Shown: in pieces, positions 1-9,706 of the stretch
Position numbering within the stretch: position 1 is the first letter of the stretch
Layout: each line of letters starts with the position of its first letter
DNA from: Thecamonas trahens ATCC 50062
Lineage: Eukaryota; Protista; Apusomonadida
Length of the DNA stretch: 64,000 bases
Reading direction: 5' to 3'
NCBI RefSeq assembly: GCF_000142905.1
Contig: NW_013657645.1
Location: 297,231 to 361,230 of the forward strand
Position numbers and translations under genes: made by a program
Notes under the pieces: model-generated
The model's input: only the letters and a program-made list of their open reading frames with translations
Database searches by the model: none
Told to the model about the DNA's origin: nothing

Positions 1-3000
1 GGGCTGAGTACTGTCGTTTCTCTGCTGCTGGATGCGGGAGTGTCGTCTGAAGCGGCGCTAGCACCCGAGATGGCGTCGACGCTTGCTCCTAACATACTCG
101 CTCTCCTCCGCGCGCCCACTTCGCTCGATCTGGCTGGTACCGATCTCGAGACCGACGGCGAGGTGGCGAATGCGATTGAGGCGAGTGGCGGGATGCTTGC
201 CCGTCTCAAGAGCGTTGATTTATCCGGCAACAGCCTTGAAGCGCTACCGATGGGGGTGCTGGAGCGGTGCATGGCGTTGACGACGCTCAACCTGGCCTCG
301 TCTGGGGTGTCGGACTTGGCGCTTGTCGGGCCTTTTGGGCCCGGCGTTCTCGCAAATCTCACGTCGCTCAATGTGGCGAGCAACGGGTTGTACGGGGTGC
401 CGATGGCGCTGCTCGAGTGTGCAACTGCACTGTGCGAGCTCGATCTCTCGGGCAACGAGCTGCCTGGCTTCCCCGATGCGGCGGCAGAGCTGCTTGCGCC
501 CTCGCTCGTCTCGCTCGCGCTTGCCGACAACAACCTCAACACGCTTCCGCCTGCACTGGGCTCACTTACTCGGCTGCGGTACCTCAACGTGGCTGGACAT
601 GCGGCAGTGTCTAGCCTCGAGTGGCTCTCCTCGCTGACCGAGCTTGAGATCCTGATTCTAGACGGGGCACCGCTTGCCGCGCCGGTCTCGGGTGTACTGG
701 ACCGGAGCGAGTGGATGGAGATGGTGAGGGCCAAGCCGTATGCGGTCTGGCTCGACTCACAAGTTGCAATGGCGGCGTTTGATGCGCTTGATGAAGATGG
801 AGTGGGGAGCCTCGATGCGCCGGCAGTGCTGCGACTCAATGCCGAGCTCGCGCATGTGCTTGTGCCCCGCAAGTTGGACGTGACGCCGATTGCACAGCTC
901 AGCTCGCTCCGGCAGCTCTCGATCAAGCACCTCGGGCTTGACGAGCTGTCGCGCGAGCTGCTCTCTGGACTTGGATCTGGTGGGCAGCTGACGCGGCTCG
1001 ATGTGTCGTCAAACGCGCTCGTCCGGCTGCCAGAGGAGCTCGGGACGATGAGCTCGCTGGTACACTTTGAGTGCATGGGCAACCCGCTCGAGTTTCCGGC
1101 CCCATGCATCCGGGCCAAGGGCTCTGCGGCTATCCTGCTGTACTACCAGGCGCTTGCCGGCGGCTCCGTCCCGATTTCGCGAACCAAGCTGTGCGTGGTC
1201 GGTCTTGGCAACGCAGGCAAGACGTCGCTCATTGCAGCGCTCACGCAAGGTCCAGACGCGTTTGACCGCGAGTCCAAGTCAACCGACGGAATCGCCATCC
1301 GCGAGTGGGTGGTACCGGCGGCGGATGTAGTGGCGGCGGCGCCCGAAGCGGTGTTGGAGACGGACAGCATCCGGTTTTCGGTGTGGGACTTTGCCGGGCA
1401 GTCGGTCTACTACAACACGCACCAGTTTTTCCTCTCACACCGTGCCATCTACGTCCTGGTGTGGAACATTCGGCTCGGCGCCGAGCACGGCGGCCTCGAC
1501 TTTTGGCTCAACTCGATCCGGTCACACCATCCCGAGGCGCCAGTTGTCATTGTGGGAACGCATGCGGACCAGGTTCCAGTCTCAAACATCGAGGAGGCAC
1601 GACTGCGGCGGCAGTTTAGTCAGATACGCGGCTTTGTCAACGTGTCGTCGGCCACCGGGCTCAACATTGACGTGCTGCGAGCCAAAGTGCTGGCGATTGC
1701 CGCCGGTGAGCCGTACATGAACCAGATTGTGCCGACGGCGTTCATCAAGCTCGAGAATCAGCTCCGCCAGCTGGCAACCGAGTGCACGACCGAGCTCATC
1801 ACCCAGTGGTCGCGAGTCCGGTGCTTTGGCGCGCTCTGCACCCTCCACACAGAGGAGGAGGTGCTGCGGGCGACCGAGTACCTGACGGACCTGGGAACGA
1901 TCATCCACGTACAGACACCGGCACTGCGGGATCTTGTTATCCTCTCGCCGCAGTTTCTGGCAGATGTGATGGCGTGCGTTGTCTCTGCGCAGCTGCCGCA
2001 GATGGATGCAGCCGGGCAGGCGCCTGCCATTGTGGACGGGATCCTGTACGAGTCGGCCACGGCGTTGGTTTGGGCGCGGTACGACACCTCACTCCACACC
2101 AAGCTCCTGCACCTCATCGCTCAGTTTGAGCTTGTCTACGCGCTCCCGCCGCATCCGACGCGCGGGCCGCGGTATCTGGTCCCGTGTCTCCTGCCCGACG
2201 ACCCGGTGGCGTGGCCTGCCGAGTGGAGAGGCATTCCGCATGGCGCGGAGCGTGTGAGCCTGACGTACTCGTTTGACTTTCTCCCAATCGGCCTCTTCTC
2301 GCGGATCCAAGTGCGTGCGCGCGACGTGCCGGGTCCGGCATCGGGCGCCAACTTTGCCGTGATGTGGCGGACGGGTCTGCGGCTCCGGCGCGGGCCGCAC
2401 GTTGCTGAGCTCACGACGAGTCAGAAGCGCGGGGTGATTACGGTGGCGGTTGCGGGCTCGGCGCCGCACACCCTCCTCAGCCTTTTCTCGCAGATCATAT
2501 CTCGACTTGTCGACGAGCTGTACACCGGACTGGCGTACAGCGTCCACGTGCCGTGTCCCGAGTGCACGGAGCTTGTGGACGGAGGCAGAGGGCAGACGCT
2601 GGTGCGCGGGTTCCATGTCGACGGCGACGAAAGCTTGCGTCGGGCGGCGTCGAGCTTTCTGGTGCGGACGATCCGGCGGGCGGTGACGTCCGAGGTCCCG
2701 TTTTTGCAGTGCGAGTACTTTCACATGGTGCCTGTGCGGCGGCTGGTGGCGTACATTCCGCCACGGTCGGACGTGCAGGTGGCGGACCAGTTTGAGCGCG
2801 ACGTGGCGATGCTTGAGCAGCAGCACGTCCTCCTCACCTCTGCCATCTACATCTCGTACTCGTTTGCCAACTCCTCCGAGGCGGTGGCCGCCGGCATCGT
2901 GCCGGCGGCGCGCGGTAGCTTTGATCCGTTGGCGCTCGGTGAGCAGCTGCGGGCACTCGGGTTCACAGTCTACTTTCGTGATCCTCGAGCGCCAAGCGGC

Positions 3001-4599
3001 GACGACATGTCTCGAATCCTGCAGTCTGTGCGGATCTTTGTGGCCTGTGTCTCGGTCGAGTATTTTAACGACCCGGCGGCGGTCCGCGAGTATGAGTACG
3101 CCATCAAGATCCTGCACAAGTCGCGAGTGCCTGTGGTTGTGGGTGAGTCGTTTGATTTTATGCGGCACCGAGCGTACATGCTCATATCAGGCGAGCTGTG
3201 GATCGACTTTGTGTCGCCTGCAACGCGAGAGGCAAAGCTCGCAGAGCTCTCGTCGCGGCTGCTGATGATGCTGCCGGCCAACTCGCCTGCGCAGGCGTAT
3301 GTTCCAACCGATGACAAAGGAGCAGAGGGGCATATTGAGGTGTACGAGCGTGGGCTTGCCGTCCCGCGACGGGTGCCTCCTCTGGCGGTCAACAGCGCGA
3401 GGCCGGTCTTTGTCTCGTACGCGTGGCGCAACTCTGCGCACGCGTTTGGCGAGGCGGCGGTGGGCAAGGTCGATCCGCGCGGGATTGCCATCGATCTTGC
3501 CAAGAACTATGGGCTTGGCACGTGGCTCGACATCGACTGTCTGGGGCGGAACGGGTTGTTTGAGGACATTGCGGCGGGACTGTCGCGGGCGCGGGTTGTG
3601 GTAGCGTGTGTGTCGGACGCGTATGCGGCGTCGGACAACTGCCGTATGGAATTTCTGCATGCGGCCAAGAACCTGTGCCTTCCGATGGTAGTGGCTGTTG
3701 TTGGGTCGGGCGACTACGCGTGGACACGGAGCGAGGTCGGACTCATCGCAGCAGGGCTTCCGCAGATCAAGTTTGGGTCGGCGAGTGAGTTTGAGGCGTC
3801 GATGGAGGAGCTGGCCGGGGCGGTGTGCGAGGCGATGGCATCGTCGGGCGGGTGCGACGACGAGCCCAAAGCTGACGACGGTAGCAGAGCCGAAGCCGAT
3901 GCGGCGGACGCTGAGTGGGCCGACTTGCGCGAGCATGCGCAGCGCTCGTTTATGCGGCAGCTGAACATGGCCGACGGCCTTGTGGCGCACATTGACGGGC
4001 CGCGGATCTTTGCTGTGACGCAGCTCTCGTCGTCATCGTGCTGCGTGGTGAACGGAGCGTCGCTGGTGGCGCTGTGCGAGAACCCTCAGGGCTGGCATAT
4101 GCCGCTGGCGCCCGAGGCAGTGAAGCTCTCTGCCGAGAACGGGTGCGACGTGGTGGCGGCCGTGCCGTACTTTGACAGTCTGGTCCGGCTGATGCGGCTG
4201 ACGTCGCCCGAGCTGGAGATGGTCCAGTCTGTCGAGTTTGCCGAGTTTATCGCCCGCAAGGGTAGCGTCGGGCGGCATGAGCTCGGAGTTGACGGCGGGC
4301 GTGGAGGCGGGCCGCTCGCGGGCGGGCGATCGCGGACACGGTCGCGGGCGGGCTCGCTCCGGCGCAACCGAGCGAGTTCGCGAGTGAGCGACGGGCATGT
4401 GTCGTCGGATCAGGCGGCGGGCGTAGGCGGCAGAAGCGATGGAGAGCCACTGACCATCCGTGAAGCGTATCGAGTTCTATCCGAAGTCTTCGATGGACAC
4501 GGTGGGCTCGAGCTCGTAGCGTTGACTACCGGCGAGTCGCTCTGGCTCTGCCGCGAGTGCGCGGCTCGATTGGCAGTTGACGGGAGCCAATCGGTGTGA
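1..4599 (+). CDS. Roco-family GTPase, probably 5'-truncated by the window: (ankyrin)-LRR(+EF-hand)-ROC-COR-TIR-TIR-C-terminal Cys/His domain
   Basis: The frame is open from base 1 (GLSTVVSLLLDAGV, ankyrin-like). LRRs LxxLDLSGNxL; ROC motifs GLGNAGKTS, STDG, WDFAGQ, GTHAD, VSS; COR region with CPEC; two TIR_2-like blocks (IYISYS..CVS.EY..E and VFVSYAW..WLDID..CVSDAY..E). Confidence 0.9.
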   Translation, partial: GLSTVVSLLLDAGVSSEAALAPEMASTLAPNILALLRAPTSLDLAGTDLETDGEVANAIEASGGMLARLKSVDLSGNSLEALPMGVLERCMALTTLNLASSGVSDLALVGPFGPGVLANLTSLNVASNGLYGVPMALLECATALCELDLSGNELPGFPDAAAELLAPSLVSLALADNNLNTLPPALGSLTRLRYLNVAGHAAVSSLEWLSSLTELEILILDGAPLAAPVSGVLDRSEWMEMVRAKPYAVWLDSQVAMAAFDALDEDGVGSLDAPAVLRLNAELAHVLVPRKLDVTPIAQLSSLRQLSIKHLGLDELSRELLSGLGSGGQLTRLDVSSNALVRLPEELGTMSSLVHFECMGNPLEFPAPCIRAKGSAAILLYYQALAGGSVPISRTKLCVVGLGNAGKTSLIAALTQGPDAFDRESKSTDGIAIREWVVPAADVVAAAPEAVLETDSIRFSVWDFAGQSVYYNTHQFFLSHRAIYVLVWNIRLGAEHGGLDFWLNSIRSHHPEAPVVIVGTHADQVPVSNIEEARLRRQFSQIRGFVNVSSATGLNIDVLRAKVLAIAAGEPYMNQIVPTAFIKLENQLRQLATECTTELITQWSRVRCFGALCTLHTEEEVLRATEYLTDLGTIIHVQTPALRDLVILSPQFLADVMACVVSAQLPQMDAAGQAPAIVDGILYESATALVWARYDTSLHTKLLHLIAQFELVYALPPHPTRGPRYLVPCLLPDDPVAWPAEWRGIPHGAERVSLTYSFDFLPIGLFSRIQVRARDVPGPASGANFAVMWRTGLRLRRGPHVAELTTSQKRGVITVAVAGSAPHTLLSLFSQIISRLVDELYTGLAYSVHVPCPECTELVDGGRGQTLVRGFHVDGDESLRRAASSFLVRTIRRAVTSEVPFLQCEYFHMVPVRRLVAYIPPRSDVQVADQFERDVAMLEQQHVLLTSAIYISYSFANSSEAVAAGIVPAARGSFDPLALGEQLRALGFTVYFRDPRAPSGDDMSRILQSVRIFVACVSVEYFNDPAAVREYEYAIKILHKSRVPVVVGESFDFMRHRAYMLISGELWIDFVSPATREAKLAELSSRLLMMLPANSPAQAYVPTDDKGAEGHIEVYERGLAVPRRVPPLAVNSARPVFVSYAWRNSAHAFGEAAVGKVDPRGIAIDLAKNYGLGTWLDIDCLGRNGLFEDIAAGLSRARVVVACVSDAYAASDNCRMEFLHAAKNLCLPMVVAVVGSGDYAWTRSEVGLIAAGLPQIKFGSASEFEASMEELAGAVCEAMASSGGCDDEPKADDGSRAEADAADAEWADLREHAQRSFMRQLNMADGLVAHIDGPRIFAVTQLSSSSCCVVNGASLVALCENPQGWHMPLAPEAVKLSAENGCDVVAAVPYFDSLVRLMRLTSPELEMVQSVEFAEFIARKGSVGRHELGVDGGRGGGPLAGGRSRTRSRAGSLRRNRASSRVSDGHVSSDQAAGVGGRSDGEPLTIREAYRVLSEVFDGHGGLELVALTTGESLWLCRECAARLAVDGSQSV

Positions 4600-4773
4600 G
4601 CAGAAGCGGGCCAAAAACGTTCCAGCGCTTCCTTGGAAGAAGGTATTGGTCGTTTTTTGGCGGACGGAACACTCGCCATCCACAATCCCCAAAAAACGCC
4701 ATCCCTCGCCACGGCGCACAGGCCCCCCCACAAACACAACACACCGCACCACTTATCTTAGTCCGAAGCAAAC

Positions 4774-6210
4774 ATGTCTGCTGAGACCTTTGACCCCGCC
4801 CGCAAGCTCAACGTCGTCATCATTGGCCACGTCGATGCTGGCAAGTCCACCATGACCGGCCGTCTCATCTACGAGCTCGGCGGCATCGACGAGCGTGCCA
4901 AGGAGAAGCTCGAGCAGGCTGCTGCCGAGAACAACAAGGCCGGTTTCGCCTTTGCCTACTTCATGGACACGTCCAAGGAGGAGCGCGAGCGCGGTATCAC
5001 CATCGACTGCCAGACGTCGTCGTTCCGCACCACCAACTACGACTACTCGATCACCGACGCCCCCGGTCATGCCGATTTTATCACTAACATGATCACCGGT
5101 GCCGGCCAGGCTGACGTCGCGGTCCTCATGGTCCCGGCTGACGGTAACTTCGAGGCATCGATTGCCAAGCCGTCCGGCATGATGGCTGGTGGCCAGACCC
5201 GCCAGCACGCCAACCTCGCCAACCTGCTCGGCATCAAGCAGCTCGTGGTTTGCGTCAACAAGATGGATTCGTCCGAGGGCGGCGCCTACAACGAGGCTCG
5301 TTTCAACGAGATCCGCGATGAGGTCTCGCGCATGATCGACGAGGCTGGCTTCCACTCGGCCACTGTCCCGATCATCCCGGTTTCCGGCTGGGTTGGTGAC
5401 AACCTCACCTCGCCGACCGAGAACATGCCGTGGTACAACGGCTGGTCCGGCCGGTACGGCTACACCGCCAAGCGCAAGAAGAAGGGCTTCGAGATTGTCG
5501 GCGGCACCGAGATCAAGGGCAAGACCCTTGTCGAGGCGCTCGACAACTACATGCGCATCCCCGACCGTGACGCCAACGGCCCGCTCCACCTTTCGGTTTC
5601 GGGCTCGCGCCTCATCCCGGGCCAGGGTCTCGTGACCATGGGCCGGATTGAGATCGGTACCATCCGCAAGGACGACGTCGTCGCGCTCGCGCGCAACGGC
5701 CTGTCTGGCAAGACCTTCTCGATCCAGATGCACCACCAGGACGTGGACGCCGGTATTGCTGGCTTCAACGTTGGCATTGTGGTCAAGTTCCCGAAGGGCA
5801 CCAAGCCGAAGCAGGTCAAGCGTGGTGACCTCCTGTACCGCCCGGCTGACTACGCCGACAAGCAGGAGCTCCTCCCGCGCCGCGTCAAGTCGTTCCGCGC
5901 CATGATCCGCGTGCAGAACCACCCTGGTGACCTCAAGGTCGGCTTCTGCCCGCAGATGTGCGTGCGTACCGGCCGGTGCGCTTCGCGCATTTCGGAGATC
6001 CACTGGGTGATGGGCAAGCGCACTGCTGGCCAGAAGCTCGAGAACCCGGAGTTCGTCCGCAAGCACGAGATGGCCGAGATCACCTTTGAGCCGCAGGGCT
6101 TCCTCTACTGCGAGACCTTTGAGCGCTCGGAGTCGTACGGCCGTGTTGCCGGCCTCGAGTCGAAGACCCTTGTCTTCATGGGCAAGATCATCGATGTTGA
6201 GTACGCTTAA
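4774..6210 (+). CDS. EFL: Elongation factor-like protein (EFL, EF-1alpha paralog)
   Basis: GHVDAGKS, ERERGITI, DAPGH, NKMD. EFL-type segments MVPADGNF..IAK..GQTRQHA.L.NLLGIKQL and HPGDLKVGFCP. Strong codon bias. Confidence 0.88.
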   Translation: MSAETFDPARKLNVVIIGHVDAGKSTMTGRLIYELGGIDERAKEKLEQAAAENNKAGFAFAYFMDTSKEERERGITIDCQTSSFRTTNYDYSITDAPGHADFITNMITGAGQADVAVLMVPADGNFEASIAKPSGMMAGGQTRQHANLANLLGIKQLVVCVNKMDSSEGGAYNEARFNEIRDEVSRMIDEAGFHSATVPIIPVSGWVGDNLTSPTENMPWYNGWSGRYGYTAKRKKKGFEIVGGTEIKGKTLVEALDNYMRIPDRDANGPLHLSVSGSRLIPGQGLVTMGRIEIGTIRKDDVVALARNGLSGKTFSIQMHHQDVDAGIAGFNVGIVVKFPKGTKPKQVKRGDLLYRPADYADKQELLPRRVKSFRAMIRVQNHPGDLKVGFCPQMCVRTGRCASRISEIHWVMGKRTAGQKLENPEFVRKHEMAEITFEPQGFLYCETFERSESYGRVAGLESKTLVFMGKIIDVEYA

Positions 6211-6272
6211 AACGGACCACTTTTGAGGACTGGGGGAGAGGGGGTTTGATGCTACGTGTCAGGCAGACGGGA

Positions 6273-7001
6273 TTACAACACATACATGTGGGAGCCATCG
6301 GCGGCGGTGTGGACATCGACAGCACCATGCGGCATGGGCGGCGGCGACGGCGGACGCTGGATGGAATGGGGCGGATGGTGGGCGAGGTGGGCTGGAGTCG
6401 AGCGAGTAGCGTGGACCGATCGTCTGGTGGAAGAGACGGTGGGGGGCGGTGCGGCGCGGCGGTCGAGCTTGATCTTTGCCTTTTGCTCGTCGACCAGAGC
6501 ATGGACCAGGGCGTCAATCGCCTGCTGCTCCAGCTCGATCTGCTCAGCCAGCTTGGCCTTGTAAGCGCGGCGGCGGGCACGAGACGAGGTGTCTGTCTTG
6601 GCCTCGACGTCTGCAGTGAGACGGAGGCGGAGAACGCGGATTTCGGCCTCGAGAGCGTCGACCTCGGCAGCCAGGGCGTCGCGCTCGGCTGTCACTGCGC
6701 GGAGCTCGTCAGCGAGTGCGTTCTTTCCGGCAAGAGCATGCTCCAGGACCAGAGCTTGTTCCTCAGCAAGTGCTTGCGCTCGCTCGTACTCCCGCTGGAT
6801 GGCAGTCGTCTTGGCTCGGGCTACATACAGCTCAGACGCGAGGTCAGGCTCCCACCCCGCCTCGCCATGCTGAGCCAGCCAGCTCACATGGTGTGCTTTC
6901 TCAGACTCGAGCACCTCTATGGTCTCCTCAGCCTTGGCGAGCTTGGCTTGACTACGCCGAAAGGCTTGCAATAGCTCGTCATAGCTAAGCCCTCCCGCCA
7001 T
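6273..7001 (-). CDS. Hypothetical coiled-coil protein (~242 aa, starting MAGGLSYDELL)
   Basis: In-frame ATG at 7001; heptad-rich E/A/L/R helices; GC3-biased codons. Confidence 0.6.
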   Translation of the reverse strand: MAGGLSYDELLQAFRRSQAKLAKAEETIEVLESEKAHHVSWLAQHGEAGWEPDLASELYVARAKTTAIQREYERAQALAEEQALVLEHALAGKNALADELRAVTAERDALAAEVDALEAEIRVLRLRLTADVEAKTDTSSRARRRAYKAKLAEQIELEQQAIDALVHALVDEQKAKIKLDRRAAPPPTVSSTRRSVHATRSTPAHLAHHPPHSIQRPPSPPPMPHGAVDVHTAADGSHMYVL

Positions 7002-7382
7002 ACTCGAGCAGCGTTGGGTGTGGCGAGGAGAGGTAGAGGAGGTGGAGGCTGGCGTACAAAGCCAAGCGGGCTTGGTTGGAGGAAGGCGATGAGGAGGATG
7101 AGGAGGGTGAGACCATGGTGTGGTCATCACCGATGATGGCGGGGAAAGAAAAGGTCGTGAAAGTGGCATGCCGTCGACGGGGTTGGTTGCTAGTGATGGA
7201 GGGCCAGGGGGGGAGGGGGGGGGGTTGATCAAGTGGGTTGAACATGCGGTTGGTGATCAGGCACTCTCTCGCCAATGGCGATCGATCGGGTGCGGAGCAC
7301 CGACCGTCAAGGTAGCATGGCGAGGAGGAGGGTGGAGTAGGGGTAGGAGGACAAGAGCGGAAGCGGTACACACCACTCGAGG

Positions 7383-8835
7383 ATGGAGGTTGTGTCGGAG
7401 AACGTGCTTCTTGCGGATAAGATTGCACAGCTCATTGCTGCAACAAAAGGTGACCATGTACGTGGTGCTGCGTGGGCAGGGGGGGGGGGGAAGGGGGCAG
7501 GGCCGCTGACGGGGGTCATGAACAGGCGTTGCAGGTGCACAAGGCAATTTTTCGAAAGGCAGCGGAGGCGACGGTGAGAGCGGCGGAGGAAAGGTGGGGG
7601 AGGGGGGGAGAGGGGGGGAGAGGGGGGGAGGGGGGGAGGAAGGGAGGAAATGGAAGAAGCTCATGTGTATGGTATTGTGGTGGTGATGGCATGTTTAGGC
7701 GACGTGGGAGTCGACGGCCGACCCGGATGACGCCGACATGATTGTGGAGAGCTCCGGGTGGCAAATTATGCGCAAGGACAACACGACCGTGGCCGCGGTG
7801 GCAGAGCAGGAGCTGGAGATTGTAGAGATGGATACAGACAAGACGTGGTACAATGACTACTTTTTCGGCAAGCCGCATGTGACGTTTGTGGGGAAGGACA
7901 AGGCTATGGGAGCGCTGGTGATCTCTGTGGTGAAGGAGGATTTTGGCGACGACTTTCACTTTCGGGTCCGGGTCCTTTCGCAGGCCGGGCGGCAGCATGT
8001 GCTTGTGAGCTCGGACGATGTGAACGTGAAAAACAAGGATCTGAACTCCAAGATGGCGCGCAAGGTGGTGAACGTGGCGCTGCCTGCACTGGAGAAGATG
8101 GCGCTCAAGGTGGCGGACGATGAGAAGTTCTGCAAGCGGCTGGCGACGCACGAGACGTCCGAGCTGGTGACCAAGTACAAGTTTGGCCTGCTGTATGTCA
8201 AGGACGGGCAGACGGTGGAGGAGGACATGTTTGCCAACGACGGGTATGTGATCGACCACTCCCCCGAGTACCAGGAGTTCTGCGACTGGTTGGGTGACAC
8301 GATCGAGCTGCAGGGATGGGAAGCGTACCGGGCCGGGCTTGACGTCCGCTCGGGCGGCACCGGGACAACGTCGATCTACACGCAGTGGCGCCACTTTGAG
8401 GTCATGTGGCACGTCGCCACCATGCTCCCGTACTTTCCCACCGACGTGCAGCAACTTCAGCGCAAGCGTCACCTTGGCAACGACATTGTTATGGTGGTCT
8501 TTGTCGAGGGCTCGACGCCGTACGTCCCGACTTGTGTTTACTCGCAGTTCAACCACGTCCTGCTCATTGTCCAGCCGGTGGACAAGGAGCTGACCGGCGG
8601 ACGGACGTGCTACCGCATGTCAATGGCGTGCAAGTCGGACGTCGGCACGTTTGGACCCAAGCTTCCGCGCCAAAAGTACTTTGAACGCTCGCAAGATCTC
8701 CGCAACTGGCTCTATGCCCGTCTCATCAACGGCGAGCGGACCGCTATCCTCAACGCTGCCGGCTTCCGCATGACTCGCGAGCGGACCGCCCAGCTGTGGC
8801 TCGCTGACGTCTGCAACGACTTTGGCATTTCGTAG
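7383..8835 (+). CDS. Rap/Ran GTPase-activating protein (RapGAP); exons 7383-7457, 7526-7573, 7699-8835
   Basis: YKFGLLYVKDGQ..EEDMFAN, YRAGLD, EVMWHVATMLP, RKRHLGNDIV. Two phase-0 introns (GTACGT..CAG, GTGAGA..TAG) join the exons in frame. Confidence 0.9.
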
Positions 8836-9067
8836 TTTCTTGCTTCCAGCCACATACATCAACCGCCCAACCAGCCCGCCACTCACCAGCCCCCGATCAG
8901 CCTCTCCTGCCACACCGGCCGAGTCATGCCTTTTCGCCCACTCTCACTGTCTACCACCGTCCCCATCATACTCGATGGAGCAGCCGTCGTGCGGAAGAGT
9001 CCGCCTAGCAACTGCCACCAGCCGGCCATCTTCCTTGGTTGGCCATCCGCCCGACATCTGCCACCAA

Positions 9068-9536
9068 GCCCATCATCTGCCCAAGTCAAAGGAGAGACTG
9101 CGGATATGATGGCGTCATTGCGCCAAGCAGCACGCCTCATCATCTACCTAATCAAAGGAGAGACTGCGGATATGATGGCGTCATTGCGCCAAGCAGCACG
9201 CCTCATCATCTGCCAAATCAAAGGAGAGACTGCGGATACGATGGCGTCATTGCGCCAAGCAGCACGCCCCCCCATCATCTGCCCAAGTCAAAGGAGAGAC
9301 TGGGGGATATGATGGCGTCATTGCGCCAAGCAGCACGCCCCCCCATCATCTGCCCAAGTCAAAGGAGAGACTGGGGGATATGATGGCGTCATTGCGCCAA
9401 GCAGCACGCCCCCCCATCATCTGCCCAAGTCAAAGGAGAGACTGGGGGATATGATGGCGTCATTGCGCCAAGCAGCACGCCCCCCCATCATCTGCCCAAG
9501 TCAAAGGAGAGACTGGGGGATATGATGGCGTCATTG
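9068..9536. repeat. Intergenic minisatellite, 7 copies of a 66-71 bp unit
   Basis: Unit CATCATCTGCCCAAGTCAAAGGAGAGACTG(C/G)GGATATGATGGCGTCATTGCGCCAAGCAGCACGCC; CAAAGG at 9087, 9153, 9219, 9289, 9360, 9431, 9502. Confidence 0.95.
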
Positions 9537-9706
9537 GCGGAGAGTGCGCCAAGCAACGTTTTTTTGTCGGCAGCCAACACGACACAGAAGGAGGCCCACC
9601 TGACGAGGGAGGACAGCTCACTCTCGCCACGGGGCGAAGCAACAGAGACGAGAGAGAGAGAGAGAGAAAGGGAGGGAGCAGAGACGCCAAGAGTTGAACA
9701 AAGCTA

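Noticed and set aside
4753-6066. Long antisense ORFs opposite EFL and other genes
   Set aside because: Shadow ORFs caused by high GC3 codon bias.
9068-9536. CRISPR-like array (also considered for 22895-23739, 24636-24842 and 42791-42997)
   Set aside because: No unique spacers and no cas genes; these are head-to-tail tandem repeats in a eukaryotic context.
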